From assembly GCA_023150835.1 (NCBI GenBank), contig JAKLKB010000016.1, forward strand, positions 1 to 64,000: a stretch of 64,000 nucleotides of DNA, in the 5' to 3' direction. The position numbers and the translations under genes were made by a program. This stretch comes from Myxococcota bacterium (GTDB lineage: Bacteria > Myxococcota_C > UBA6777). Positions 9,007 to 19,430 of the stretch are shown here, piece by piece. A model generated the notes under the pieces. That model was given only the letters and a program-made list of their open reading frames with translations, was not told the origin of the DNA and made no database searches. Numbering within the stretch: the stretch's first letter is position 1; every line of letters starts with the position of its first letter.

Positions 9007-10713
9007 CTAACGAGGCTTTTTTCGTTGCGGGTGTAGAACAAAAAAGCGGCGACGGCGATCGACTAGAAAGATCGTATCGCCAGCAACCATCGCATCGCCG
9101 ATCCGCGCAGGAGTTTGGCCTTGAAGCTGTTGCAAAGGAAAGGTGCGCAGCAATCGAAGGCTCTTTGCCGAAAAAGCCCGAATACTGAGAGGAAACACCG
9201 CGTACACTTCTCGGCCCTGTCGATCGCTTCCAAAGGCGAGGACCTGCTTTTCGGCTTGGGCCCGATGGGTGGTCTTGCCCGAAGAGATCGCGGCACGCCA
9301 CAGCTTGCCCTGATAGCGCCCTGAAAACAAAAGATGGCGCTCGTCATGCGAAAAAATAGCCCGACTCTCGTATCGTTCGACAGCGAACCTTTGAACGACC
9401 GTACCTTTTTTCAGATCCAACAGGTACGCAAAGACCCGAGGTTGGTTAAAAAGCGTGTGATGTTCGAGCAAAACAACCCGTCGTCCATCCCTACCCCAAA
9501 CAGGAGCCGAAAGCTCGTGCGGATGTTCTAAGATCGCGAGTTCCATGACCTTTCCCGAGGGAAGATGAAAGGACATCACCGCGCTGCGCAACAACGGTCT
9601 CACCGGGAAATCGTCGCTCTCGGACAAGCACAGATTCGGCTCGTCGCGTGGTCCGCTGTCGAGGAAATACAGCGTCTGCGTTGGCAGATCGTAACGCAAG
9701 ATCTCCGCATGACAGGTAAACTGAGGAAGCGGCACAACGCGGTGCAGCCGTCGTGCTGCGACATCCCAACGCACAAGGAAAAAATCAAGCTTTCGAGTGA
9801 AGGGGTCATCGCGCCGAGTGGAAAATAGCAACATCGCGGCGTTTGTCTTGGAATCGAAAGATAACATCCGAAAACTCGCCCCTTTTCGCTCTTCCACCCA
9901 AGTGGATAACGCAGGATATCTCTCCCAAAAATCGTCGAACGATGGCGCTGGAAGCTCTCTGAGCCGTTGCTTTGTGGTGTCCCAGATCCACAACGGCGCG
10001 GGAGAACAGGGATGCCAATGAACAAAATCGACCAACAACAGATGGGGCTGGAGCAAAGGATGCGCACCGATCGAGGAATTGGCGTACGATGGACGCTGGA
10101 TCTCCGTGACCTGCCAAGGCTTGTTTCCCCACCGAACGGAGCGTGAAGACAGGATCTTGAAGGGGGCCCACCGCCGCGAAGTATTCGGACACGTGGCCCG
10201 CCACTCCTTGGCCGAGATGATAAGTTCGGCACCTTCGATCTTTTGGTGTTGGAGTCCTTTCGTCGGATGATAATAGAGATGCCCCCGCCACAAAACGCCT
10301 TGTATCGGTCGCTCTTGTTTTTGCAATATATGCAGTTGTGCTTTGATGTCTTTGATCTCCTTGGTGGATCGCTGTATGGAGATCGGTAGTTGTCGAAGTT
10401 GCTCTTGCACATGGCCTGAGCGAACTTTCCCCTGCCATCGTGCGGGATCACCTCGATAGATTCGGAGTTGCTTTTGTCCTGTGGATACAATGTACTCCGC
10501 CAACACCCGCCGTCGTTGAAGCGTGCGGATCTTCAACGCAAGCGCACGCAATTGCATGATCTCTGCTCGTACCTTCGGCGGGATCGCTGCTTGTGCAGAG
10601 GAGAAGAACACCATCCCCATCCCCATCCCCATCAGCACCATCCCCATCCCCATCCGCCGCCCGATCCACCCGCCCCGTTCCCTCAGATCACCAAACCACC
10701 ACTGCTGCTTCAT
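9007..10713 (-). CDS. Secreted hypothetical protein: N-terminal helical region plus probable beta-propeller
   Basis: Signal peptide ending AQA; repeated WD/TolB-like strands (PVWGRDGRRVV, IFSHDERHLLF, SDRQGREVY). Confidence 0.6.
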   Translation of the reverse strand: MKQQWWFGDLRERGGWIGRRMGMGMVLMGMGMGMVFFSSAQAAIPPKVRAEIMQLRALALKIRTLQRRRVLAEYIVSTGQKQLRIYRGDPARWQGKVRSGHVQEQLRQLPISIQRSTKEIKDIKAQLHILQKQERPIQGVLWRGHLYYHPTKGLQHQKIEGAELIISAKEWRATCPNTSRRWAPFKILSSRSVRWGNKPWQVTEIQRPSYANSSIGAHPLLQPHLLLVDFVHWHPCSPAPLWIWDTTKQRLRELPAPSFDDFWERYPALSTWVEERKGASFRMLSFDSKTNAAMLLFSTRRDDPFTRKLDFFLVRWDVAARRLHRVVPLPQFTCHAEILRYDLPTQTLYFLDSGPRDEPNLCLSESDDFPVRPLLRSAVMSFHLPSGKVMELAILEHPHELSAPVWGRDGRRVVLLEHHTLFNQPRVFAYLLDLKKGTVVQRFAVERYESRAIFSHDERHLLFSGRYQGKLWRAAISSGKTTHRAQAEKQVLAFGSDRQGREVYAVFPLSIRAFSAKSLRLLRTFPLQQLQGQTPARIGDAMVAGDTIFLVDRRRRFFVLHPQRKKPR

Positions 10714-10826
10714 GTTGCCTCACCCATCCGAACAGAAAGAACGCCTCACCCAACTCCCACGAAAGCATCGCTGTGCTGGGGCCGATGCGCAAAAGCAAAG
10801 AAAATGCCACCCCCTTTCGTGCGCTC

Positions 10827-10854
10827 TTGACGATGGCAAAACGGCGTGTATAGT
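10827..10854 (+). promoter_or_regulatory. Sigma70-type promoter of gap
   Basis: TTGACG-16 bp-TATAGT, about 90 bp before the ATG. Confidence 0.65.
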
Positions 10855-10941
10855 GCGCCGCATTCCGCTTAGTGCGCCCTTCGCGTGCGCACGTTCATCA
10901 CACCTGCCTCCGCAGGTCTCCACCCAACACGAGGTGATATC

Positions 10942-11955
10942 ATGGCAATCCGTATTGCTATCAACGGTTTCGGTCGCATTGGTCGTACAGTCCTCCGCCA
11001 CGTCTTGGACAAACACAACGATGTCGAAGTCGTCGCCATCAACGATATCGGCCAACCCCAAGCACTTGTTCATCTGCTCAAGTACGACTCTGTGATGGGC
11101 CGCCTCCCCCAAAACGTCCACCTCGAAGGAAACATCCTGCACATCGAAGGCAAAGGCTCCATTCAGATGATCGCAGAACGCGAACTGACCAACCTTCCGT
11201 GGAAATCGCTTAACTTGGACTTTGTCGTCGAATCTTCGGGCGTCTTCCGTAGCCGCTCCAAACTCGAAAAACACCTCGAAGCCGGCGCTCCCAAAGTCCT
11301 GCTCACCGTCCCCTCCAAAGATCCGATCGACGCCACCATCGTCCTCGGTGTCAACGATCACGACCTCAAAGCCGAACATAAGCTGATCTCCAACGCCTCC
11401 TGCACCACCAACTGCCTCGCACCGATGGCCAAAGTCCTCCACGAAAGCTTCGGCATCGAACACGCCATGATGACCACCATCCACGCCTACACCAACGACC
11501 AACGCATCCTCGATGCCCCCCACGAAGATGCTTATCGCGCCCGCGCTGCCGCCGTCAACATCATCCCCACCACCACAGGCGCTGCCCGCGCTACCGGCCA
11601 AGTCCTCCCCGCACTCCAAGGCCGTATCGATGGCGTTGCCATGCGCGTCCCCGTCCCCAACGGCTCTGTCGTCGACCTCGTCTCTGTCCTCAGCAAAGAA
11701 GTGACTGCCGCCGATATCAACGCCGCCATGAAAGCTGCCGCTCAAGGCCCCCTTAAAGGCATCCTCGAATACACCGAAGATCCCATCGTCTCCACTGATA
11801 TCCTCGGCAACCATCACTCCTCGATCTTTGCCGCTGACTCCACCATGGTCCTCGGTAAAAACGGTCGCATGGTCAAAACCGTCTCGTGGTACGACAACGA
11901 ATTCGGCTACTCCTGCCGCGTCGTTGACCTCCTCAAAAAAGCCGCCTCCCTCTAA
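10942..11955 (+). CDS. gap: Type I glyceraldehyde-3-phosphate dehydrogenase
   Basis: INGFGRIGR, NASCTTNCLAP, AMRVPVPNGS, WYDNE; GAGGTG RBS. Confidence 0.98.
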   Translation: MAIRIAINGFGRIGRTVLRHVLDKHNDVEVVAINDIGQPQALVHLLKYDSVMGRLPQNVHLEGNILHIEGKGSIQMIAERELTNLPWKSLNLDFVVESSGVFRSRSKLEKHLEAGAPKVLLTVPSKDPIDATIVLGVNDHDLKAEHKLISNASCTTNCLAPMAKVLHESFGIEHAMMTTIHAYTNDQRILDAPHEDAYRARAAAVNIIPTTTGAARATGQVLPALQGRIDGVAMRVPVPNGSVVDLVSVLSKEVTAADINAAMKAAAQGPLKGILEYTEDPIVSTDILGNHHSSIFAADSTMVLGKNGRMVKTVSWYDNEFGYSCRVVDLLKKAASL

Positions 11956-11973
11956 AAAACCACCCCCCCTCCA

Positions 11974-12112
11974 ATACGATATCCGAGCGACGTACACAGC
12001 AACGGAGAGCACGTAGACGCCCGATGATTGGGCAGCCCCCTGTGGCTGCCCCTACCTCTTTATGATCGCACGATGGGCGGATCTCGTCTAACTCAACGGG
12101 CGGATCTCGTAT
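11974..12112 (-). mobile_element. MITE-like element, family A
   Basis: Ends ATACGATATCCG / CGGATCTCGTAT; internal GTAGACGCCC..GGGCAGCCCCCTGTGGCTGCCCCTAC. Confidence 0.75.
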
Positions 12113-12129
12113 TACAGGTTCGCTGCGCT

Positions 12130-14433
12130 TTATTGAAAAAACACCCGTCGGATCGCACGATTGGCAATCTCTGTGACGTAAAGGTTCTTGTATCCGCCTT
12201 CTTGCACAAACGCGAAGTAGGCCACCCCTGCAAACAACGCAACGGACGGGAGGCCGTCCATAAACCCATGAGCGTCTTGCCCAACAAACGTTGTGACATG
12301 GAAATTGTTGGCGATATCGATCCGCCGAATCTTCGAATACTCCGCAACATACAACATCCCCCCTTCCCACAAGATCCCCAAAGGCGAAGCAATCCCCGCA
12401 TACACGCCAGAACCGTCACTCGATGAGGCCGTTCCATTGCCTGCAACGGTTGAGGTCGCTCCGCTCGACGACAAGACTTTACGGATCCGGTGGTTGCCCG
12501 TGTCGCTCACATAAAGATCCCCCTTGTCGTCCAACGTCAATGAAGACATCAAGCTAAATTGGGCACCCGCGCCGCTTGTTGTGTCGTTTTTGTATCCATA
12601 GGTGCTCCCCGCCAGCGTTGTGACGATAAGACGATCGTCGATTTTACGGATCTTGTAGTTCGCACGATCTGCGATATAAAACACGGACAGCTTAGAATCA
12701 AACACGATATCCACGGGATGGCCAAATTGAGCGGTTTGTGTTGTACCGCCTTTGTCGCCATAGGCGGTTCCTGCGAAGGTTGTGACTTGCCTTTGGGCTG
12801 ATATCTTGCGGATGCGGTGGTTGAACGTGTCCGCAACGTACAGTTCCCCGTTAGGTCCCCACGTCAAACCTTGTGGCCCCCAAAAAGTCGCAGAAGCAGC
12901 CGCACCATCCGCACTTCCACGAGCGCCTGTTCCTGCAAACACGCCCACGCTCCCCGAAGGATAGATCTGGAGGATCTGGTTCTTCGTCGGATCAACTACC
13001 AAGAACCCGCCTCCGGGGTACTTGACGATCCCTGTGGGGTACGCAAACGGCGTGTATGTTGTGTGTGCGCCTCCCGAGATGGTCTCCGTATACGGGCCGC
13101 CTACGCAAACTGAGTTACGGCACACATCACCCGACAGGCACTTGCCGAAGCATCCGGCACAATACCTCGGATCGCTGCGCGTATCTACGCAAGCGAGCGG
13201 GGTTCCACACGCTCTATGTCCAGACATAGGGCAAGAACATTGACCATTCGTACACCGCGCATCGACCGGACAAGCCTGAGCGCACTTCCCACAATGCGCG
13301 TTGTTTGCCAACGTATTCACACACGCGCTGCCGCACAACTGCGTACCGCTCGGACAAGAACAAGCCCCTATTTGGCAAGTACCGCCCGTTGCACAGGCTT
13401 TGTCACACGTTCCGCAATGCTTCGCGTCGGTTTGCAGATCCACACAGACAGTCCCACACACCGTCAAGGGAGCACCGCAAGATGCCACACATGCGCCGTT
13501 TTGACAGACCGTAGTCATTGAGCAAGCCTTCCCACAGGCTCCGCAATGCTTCGGATCTTGCTGCTTGTTCACACAGATACCGTTGCAAAGCTCCGTTCCT
13601 GTAGGGCATCCGCAAGCCCCCTTGGTACAGACTTGACCCGCAGGACAGCTCTTTGCGCACTGGCCGCAATGCTTGGGATCGGTTTGGATATCGACACACC
13701 CTGCACCACAACGCGTCTGCTGTTTTTCGCACGCGATCAAGCAAACTCCGGCCTCGCAGACGTCACCCGCCCCACACACCACCCCACAACGACCGCAGTG
13801 TTTCGCGTTGGTTTGCAAGTCCACACAAAGCGTCCCACAAAACACCTCTTGCTTTGGACAGGCGCAAAGTCCCGCCGTACAAGCAAGGCCCCCACCACAA
13901 GCGTTGTTGCATTGGCCGCAATGCGTCTGACTGGTTTGCACGTTCACACACTGACCACCGCAAAACTTCTCTCCTACGCGACAAGGATCTTCGGGTTCGG
14001 CCTCTTCGATCTCTTGCTCGCTAGGCGGCTGTTCTGCCGCAGCATCGGCTTCTTGTGCAGGTTCGGCGCTCTCTGCGTTCGGCTCTCCTGCCTCTGCGCT
14101 TGTGGATTCTTCGACAACGTTCTCAGGAGCGTTCTCGGTGGTCCCTTCTACGGTCTTCTCAACCTCCCCTTCTGTGGGGGTTTCGCGGCTTTCTTCAACT
14201 GTATCCGAGGGGATTTCAGCGCTTGTCTCGTTGACCTTTTCTAGGGTGGCGTTTTCATTTCGCCCCCACAACACGCACAAGCCGCGCTCGCAATAAGCCG
14301 AAGCATCGAGCTTTTTGCATTCTTCATCAAGCTGACACGTCCACTTTTCGCTTCCATTCGGTAGCTTGGGCGAGTCGACACACCCGATCCCCACAGCACA
14401 CAACATCAAAAAAACAGCCAAACCCCGAAACAT
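12130..14433 (-). CDS. Lipoprotein: acidic linker, Cys-rich (Stig1/myxobacterial-type) repeats, C-terminal NHL beta-propeller
   Basis: GIGC lipobox-like site; about 9 CVDxQTDxKHCGxCxxAC repeats; LYVADTFNHRIRKI NHL motifs. Confidence 0.85.
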   Translation of the reverse strand: MFRGLAVFLMLCAVGIGCVDSPKLPNGSEKWTCQLDEECKKLDASAYCERGLCVLWGRNENATLEKVNETSAEIPSDTVEESRETPTEGEVEKTVEGTTENAPENVVEESTSAEAGEPNAESAEPAQEADAAAEQPPSEQEIEEAEPEDPCRVGEKFCGGQCVNVQTSQTHCGQCNNACGGGLACTAGLCACPKQEVFCGTLCVDLQTNAKHCGRCGVVCGAGDVCEAGVCLIACEKQQTRCGAGCVDIQTDPKHCGQCAKSCPAGQVCTKGACGCPTGTELCNGICVNKQQDPKHCGACGKACSMTTVCQNGACVASCGAPLTVCGTVCVDLQTDAKHCGTCDKACATGGTCQIGACSCPSGTQLCGSACVNTLANNAHCGKCAQACPVDARCTNGQCSCPMSGHRACGTPLACVDTRSDPRYCAGCFGKCLSGDVCRNSVCVGGPYTETISGGAHTTYTPFAYPTGIVKYPGGGFLVVDPTKNQILQIYPSGSVGVFAGTGARGSADGAAASATFWGPQGLTWGPNGELYVADTFNHRIRKISAQRQVTTFAGTAYGDKGGTTQTAQFGHPVDIVFDSKLSVFYIADRANYKIRKIDDRLIVTTLAGSTYGYKNDTTSGAGAQFSLMSSLTLDDKGDLYVSDTGNHRIRKVLSSSGATSTVAGNGTASSSDGSGVYAGIASPLGILWEGGMLYVAEYSKIRRIDIANNFHVTTFVGQDAHGFMDGLPSVALFAGVAYFAFVQEGGYKNLYVTEIANRAIRRVFFQ

Positions 14434-14603
14434 CGCAAACTCCCACAACAACGGCCTTCCCAAACACACCGATCCTGAAAGGCCGATACACCGTTTCTGA
14501 AAGGCACAATACACTGATCTTGAAAGACACAATGCACCAACCGCGAAAAAGACGCCCCACACAGCACAAGGACTGTCCCTATGGCCTTCCCAGATCATCA
14601 AGA

Positions 14604-16772
14604 TCATCGCATCCAGATCCGACGCAACGCTCGATTCAGCCCATCCGCCACGTACAGCGAGCCTGAAAGCCACAAGATATCGGTGGGTTGATAGAATTGT
14701 GCGTCGAGTACGCCGCCATCTTTGTAACCCGGCGTCTTTCCGATCAGCGTGCTGACTTGGTTGGTGGCGGGGTCGAACTTGCGGATGCGATGGTTGTCGC
14801 GATCTGCGATGTACAAGGATCGTCCGTCCCATGCCAGCCCCATCGGAAAGCGAAACTTTGCGGATCCTGCGGTTCCATCGGTGAGGCCGAAACCACCCGC
14901 TGCCACCGTGAACACCTTCTTTGCGTTGAGATCGATCTTGCGGATACGATGGGATAAATAATCGCTTACGTACAGGTTTCCTTGACCGTCAAGCGCAAGT
15001 CCCAAAGGATAGTGAAACTGCGCAGTGGTCAACGAGGTGCCATCGCTCGTTCCCACTTTCCCGTTGCCCGCAAACGTCGAGACCTCGCCCAACAGCGTGA
15101 TCTGACGGATTCGGTTGTTCGCCATATCCGCAACATAAAACACCTTGGCATTCGCATCATAGACGATGCCTCGCGGAAAGTGGAACTGCGCTTTTTCTCT
15201 TGTTCCTTCTTTGTCCCCCAACGTCGACCCAGCAAACAAACCCACGCCCTTCGTCGGATCCACAAAGCGGATCTTGTGGTTCGAAGTATCCGAGATAAAC
15301 ACAACACGATTCGGCCCTTCGGCGATTCCACAAGGATCGGAAAGCTTGGCCGTGAGCGGATTGGCGCTATTTTGGTCCCCCACCACCGATCCCGCCCACG
15401 TCCCCGAAAGATTCGGTCCCGAAACCAACAGCACCTGATCTTTGTTGCGATCCCCAACCAACAAGCCTGTATGCGAAACATACCCCAGCGCGCAAGGATA
15501 GCTAAACGGCGAAGTGACGGCGGGCGCGATCGGCCCTGCCATCGTCGTCACATACGGAGTCTTGCGACAGCCCCCACCGACACAAAGCTCTCCCGCGAGA
15601 CAGGACTTTCCGCACGTTCCGCAATGACTGTTCGATTCTTTGAGATCGACGCATTCGCCTTTGCAATGTGCCAGCGCCGCGTTGGAACACACACAGGAGC
15701 CGCCCACGCAACTCGCGTTGCTCGCACAAGCATCCTCGCACTTACCGCAGTGCTTGGCGTCCGTCTTCACGTCGACACACTCTCCTTTGCACTCTTGCCG
15801 TCCACTCGCGCACGAGCACGCCCCATTTTGACAAGTCGCCCCCACCGAACAAACGCTGCCACACGCTCCACAATTCTTCGGATCGATCATCACATCCGCG
15901 CAGACGTTGGCACACGCAGTCGCTGGTTTGACACACGCAGACACACACGCACCACCTTGGCATAACGGCGCAGCATCCGCCCCACAAGACTGCCCACAGT
16001 CCCCACAATGCGAAGGATCCGTTCGGATATCGACGCAAATACCGCCACAATCTTTCTTGCTCCCCGCACATCCGCAAAATCCGTTGAGACATCCTTGATC
16101 GTTTCGACAAGCCTGACCACACTTCCCACAATGCCTCGGATCTTGCTTGGGATCCACACAAGACATCCCACAACGTATCTCCCCCGTTTTGCAAGGCGTT
16201 TGACACAGCCCGCCCGCACAGATTTGGCCCGACAAGCACGCGGCATCGCACACTCCGCAATGTTGCGCGCTCGCTTGGATATCCACACACACACCGCCAC
16301 ACAAACGCCCACCATTCGGGCAAGAACAGATCCCTCGCTGGCACACCTCAACGGCCTCACAAGCATTGTTGCACTGACCGCAATGCTTTGGGTCGGTTTG
16401 GGTATCGACGCAAGCGCCCGCGCAAAACCACTTCCCCTCCGCACAAGGATTCTCTGGCTCCGCCTCTTGGGCCTCTTGTTCGGTCAGTTCGCTTTCCACC
16501 CCAGTATCGGGTTTCTCTGGCGATTCCACTACAGCTTCTTGAGGCTCGACAGCGATCTGTTCTTCCGCACCGTAAGGCTCTGTTGTCGAAGCATCACCGC
16601 GCTTCCAAAACACACACAGCCCCTGTTCGCAATGCGCCCCAACACCGAGCTTTTCGCATTCTTTGTTTTCTTGGCAAGGCCACAAGGCGCTACCTTCGGG
16701 AAGTGTCGGAGATTGCGTACAGCCCCACCACACCACACCACAAAAAACACACCACGCAACCATTCGCCACAT
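14604..16772 (-). CDS. Paralogous Cys-rich repeat / NHL lipoprotein
   Basis: WWGC lipobox-like site, same repeats, YIADRDNHRIRK; AGGAG RBS. Confidence 0.85.
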   Translation of the reverse strand: MWRMVAWCVFCGVVWWGCTQSPTLPEGSALWPCQENKECEKLGVGAHCEQGLCVFWKRGDASTTEPYGAEEQIAVEPQEAVVESPEKPDTGVESELTEQEAQEAEPENPCAEGKWFCAGACVDTQTDPKHCGQCNNACEAVEVCQRGICSCPNGGRLCGGVCVDIQASAQHCGVCDAACLSGQICAGGLCQTPCKTGEIRCGMSCVDPKQDPRHCGKCGQACRNDQGCLNGFCGCAGSKKDCGGICVDIRTDPSHCGDCGQSCGADAAPLCQGGACVSACVKPATACANVCADVMIDPKNCGACGSVCSVGATCQNGACSCASGRQECKGECVDVKTDAKHCGKCEDACASNASCVGGSCVCSNAALAHCKGECVDLKESNSHCGTCGKSCLAGELCVGGGCRKTPYVTTMAGPIAPAVTSPFSYPCALGYVSHTGLLVGDRNKDQVLLVSGPNLSGTWAGSVVGDQNSANPLTAKLSDPCGIAEGPNRVVFISDTSNHKIRFVDPTKGVGLFAGSTLGDKEGTREKAQFHFPRGIVYDANAKVFYVADMANNRIRQITLLGEVSTFAGNGKVGTSDGTSLTTAQFHYPLGLALDGQGNLYVSDYLSHRIRKIDLNAKKVFTVAAGGFGLTDGTAGSAKFRFPMGLAWDGRSLYIADRDNHRIRKFDPATNQVSTLIGKTPGYKDGGVLDAQFYQPTDILWLSGSLYVADGLNRALRRIWMR

Positions 16773-16984
16773 CGAACGCTCCTGCTTAACCAAGCCGCCA
16801 AATCTCGGCTCCCTCTTTTGCTCTTATGGCACAAGACGCTTCTCGCGCCAAGGCTTTGCGCCTGCCTTCGCCCAACCTCCTACGCCCCACCAAAGACCCA
16901 CAGGCGCTTGCAAAAATCCCCAAGATGTGCTTTTTTCCCCTTCTTTCCTCCAACTTGACGGAGCGGACCTCGATTCTTATACGG

Positions 16985-17155
16985 ATAGGAGTGACGCAGT
17001 TGGCAAAAAAAGCCGTGTTCGCGAACGCCCAAGCGACAGGGTCGTTGGCGTGAAAAACCAGCGATCTGTTCGCCAATACGGGGTCAAGGGGCGACAGTCC
17101 CTTGTGGGGCGTGGGGTGACACCCCACAAAAACGACCCAACTGCGTAAGTCCTAT
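16985..17155 (+). mobile_element. Best-preserved family B MITE (171 bp)
   Basis: 19-bp TIR ATAGGAGTGACGCAGTTGG / CCAACTGCGTAAGTCCTAT (17/19 match); internal G/C palindromes. Confidence 0.8.
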
Positions 17156-17266
17156 ACAAAATCCGAGTGATGTGCGATCAACGGGTCACTCGGAGATGCC
17201 CGATTCTTGGGCAGCCGCAGGGGGCAGCCCCTACACCTTTACGATCACACAACCAGCGGGCCTCGA
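17154..17266 (-). mobile_element. MITE-like element, family A, abutting the family B copy
   Basis: Approximate reverse complement of 378-453; right end degenerate. Confidence 0.65.
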
Positions 17267-17271
17267 TCCCC

Positions 17272-17649
17272 ATGCAAGAAGCACATACCCCGTCCACCGC
17301 TTGGCACCTACTCGCCCACTCCAACGAGATCCCCGAAGGCATGTGCCTGCAAGTCGGATTGGCGGGGCGTTCCTTGCTCGTCTGTAAAGTCAACGGGCAG
17401 ATCTATTGCGTCGAAGATCGCTGCTCTCACCGCGATATCCCGCTGCATCGGGGCTGGCTCGAAGGCTATTTGTTTGCTTGCCCCCTTCATGGAGCCACCT
17501 TCGATATCCGCAATGGATCTCCTTGTCGACTCCCCGCAACGCGACCGATCGCCAGCTTCCCCATCCAAATCGACGAACAACAGCGCGTCTTTGTCGCATT
17601 GCCTGAGCCACCCACCAAACAACCCAAATCCCCCCAACCTCCGAGGTAA
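17272..17649 (+). CDS. Rieske-type [2Fe-2S] ferredoxin
   Basis: CSH..CPLHGATFDIRNG. Confidence 0.9.
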   Translation: MQEAHTPSTAWHLLAHSNEIPEGMCLQVGLAGRSLLVCKVNGQIYCVEDRCSHRDIPLHRGWLEGYLFACPLHGATFDIRNGSPCRLPATRPIASFPIQIDEQQRVFVALPEPPTKQPKSPQPPR

Positions 17650-17655
17650 CCGCGC

Positions 17656-18630
17656 ATGACAGTACAGATCGGCATCGTCATGGACCCCCTTCAAAGTATC
17701 AAAGTCGCCAAGGATACGACCTTTGCGATGATGCTCGCCGCACAAAGTCGTGGCTGGGATCTTTGGTACATGGAACAAGGCGATATCTGGGTCAAAGACG
17801 GCTCCCCCCACGCCCGTATGCGCCAAGTCCGAGTCCAAGACCATCCCCTCCATTGGTTCGATATCCTCTCCGACAAGATCGCCCCACTTCGCGATCTTGA
17901 CACGATCTTGATGCGCAAAGATCCCCCCTTTGATATGGAATACATCTACACCACGTATGCCCTCGAACGTGCCGAAACAGAGGGCGTTTTGGTCTTCAAC
18001 AAACCTCAAGCCCTCCGCGATGCCAACGAAAAATTCTATCTCTCTTGGTTTCCACAATGCGCCCCCGAAACGCTGATCACCCGCAGTTCCGCCCAGATCA
18101 AAGACTTTGTGCAACAACATTACCGCGCCGTCCTCAAGCCCCTCGATGGCATGGGCGGAGCCTCGATCTTTTCCCTCAAAGCTGATGATCCCAACCTCAA
18201 CGTCTGCATCGAAACCGTCACCCGCCTCGGACGGGCTTTTGCGATGGTCCAACAATACGTCCCTGAGATCACCCTCGGCGATAAGCGACTTTTGCTGATC
18301 GATGGAGAACCCGCCCCCTACGTCCTCGCACGAATCCCCCAAGGAACGGACTTTCGCGGCAATCTCGCAGTCGGCGGAAAAGGCGTCGCGCAGCCCACTT
18401 CCGAGCGCGACCGCTGGATCGCCCAACAAGTCGGCCCCACTCTTCGCGAAAAAGGCATGATCTTCGTTGGACTGGATATCATCGGCGATTATCTCACCGA
18501 GATCAACGTCACCAGCCCCACAGGTATGCGCGAGATCAACAAAGCCTACGACACCGATCTCGGCGGCCAGCTCATGGACGCCATCCAACGCAAGCTCGAC
18601 GCTCGCCCCCCATCGAATCTGCGCAAATAA
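17656..18630 (+). CDS. gshB: Glutathione synthetase
   Basis: MDP..KDTTFAMMLAAQ, MRKDPPFD, KPLDGMGG, RGNLAVGG, EINVTSPTG. Confidence 0.97.
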   Translation: MTVQIGIVMDPLQSIKVAKDTTFAMMLAAQSRGWDLWYMEQGDIWVKDGSPHARMRQVRVQDHPLHWFDILSDKIAPLRDLDTILMRKDPPFDMEYIYTTYALERAETEGVLVFNKPQALRDANEKFYLSWFPQCAPETLITRSSAQIKDFVQQHYRAVLKPLDGMGGASIFSLKADDPNLNVCIETVTRLGRAFAMVQQYVPEITLGDKRLLLIDGEPAPYVLARIPQGTDFRGNLAVGGKGVAQPTSERDRWIAQQVGPTLREKGMIFVGLDIIGDYLTEINVTSPTGMREINKAYDTDLGGQLMDAIQRKLDARPPSNLRK

Positions 18631-18688
18631 ACTTGTGTTTGTGGGGTTTCACCCCATAGGCGTTAGGTGAAGCCACAGATGGCCCCTC

Positions 18689-18810
18689 TTACGAGATCCG
18701 CAGGGCGTGTGATCGTAAAACGTAGGGGCAGCCCACTGTGGCTACCCAACCACAGGGCGTCTACAACGAATCGCACCGACCCTTCGTGTACACATTCTCG
18801 GTGCTCGCGT
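18689..18810 (+). mobile_element. MITE-like element, family A
   Basis: TACGAGATCCG left end; GTAGGGGCAGCCC..GGGCGTCTAC core; right end approximate. Confidence 0.65.
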
Positions 18811-18839
18811 CATCCACCCTCATCCGATCAAGGCGACGC

Positions 18840-19430
18840 TCACTCCCAAGGATAAAACAAGCCGAATCGTTCGAGCAGCGAGACCACCGCCATCAAGGGA
18901 AGTCCGATGATCGCCGTGTAATCCTCGCCTTCGATCGATTCAAACAAAGCGATGCCTTCGGACTCGATCTTGAAGGAACCCGCACAATCAAGGGGCTGAT
19001 CTCGCTCGACATAGCGCTTGATCTGATCTTCGCGTAGCGTCCGCATCTTCAGCGTATGCAATGAGGTGTGCGTGTGGATCTCGCCGCTTTGCGCATCCAC
19101 CAGCGACACCGCCGTCCAAAGCTGCAACGAACGCCCCGACATCGCACGCAACTGCGCACACGCCCGCTCTACCGTCACAGGTTTATGCAAGATCATCTCC
19201 CCCAACGCAGCGACCTGATCGCTTCCCAAGATCAGCGCATCGGAAAAACGCTCACACAACGCTTTGGCTTTGGCTTCGGCCAAGACCTGCGAAAGACGGC
19301 GAGGATCGGACTCTTGCGCATGAAACGGAGACTCATCGAGGCCCGAAGCATGGGCTTGATGAGGGAGTCCGATCTGGCGAAGAAGTGTGCGTCGATAAGA
19401 AGAGGTGGAGGCGAGAACGATGGGGCGCAT
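18840..19430 (-). CDS. Maf-family nucleotide pyrophosphatase, YceF (m7GTP) type
   Basis: IVLASTSSYRR, GSDQV, DCAGSFKIE, IIGLP; TAATG overlap with the upstream gene. Confidence 0.9.
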   Translation of the reverse strand: MRPIVLASTSSYRRTLLRQIGLPHQAHASGLDESPFHAQESDPRRLSQVLAEAKAKALCERFSDALILGSDQVAALGEMILHKPVTVERACAQLRAMSGRSLQLWTAVSLVDAQSGEIHTHTSLHTLKMRTLREDQIKRYVERDQPLDCAGSFKIESEGIALFESIEGEDYTAIIGLPLMAVVSLLERFGLFYPWE

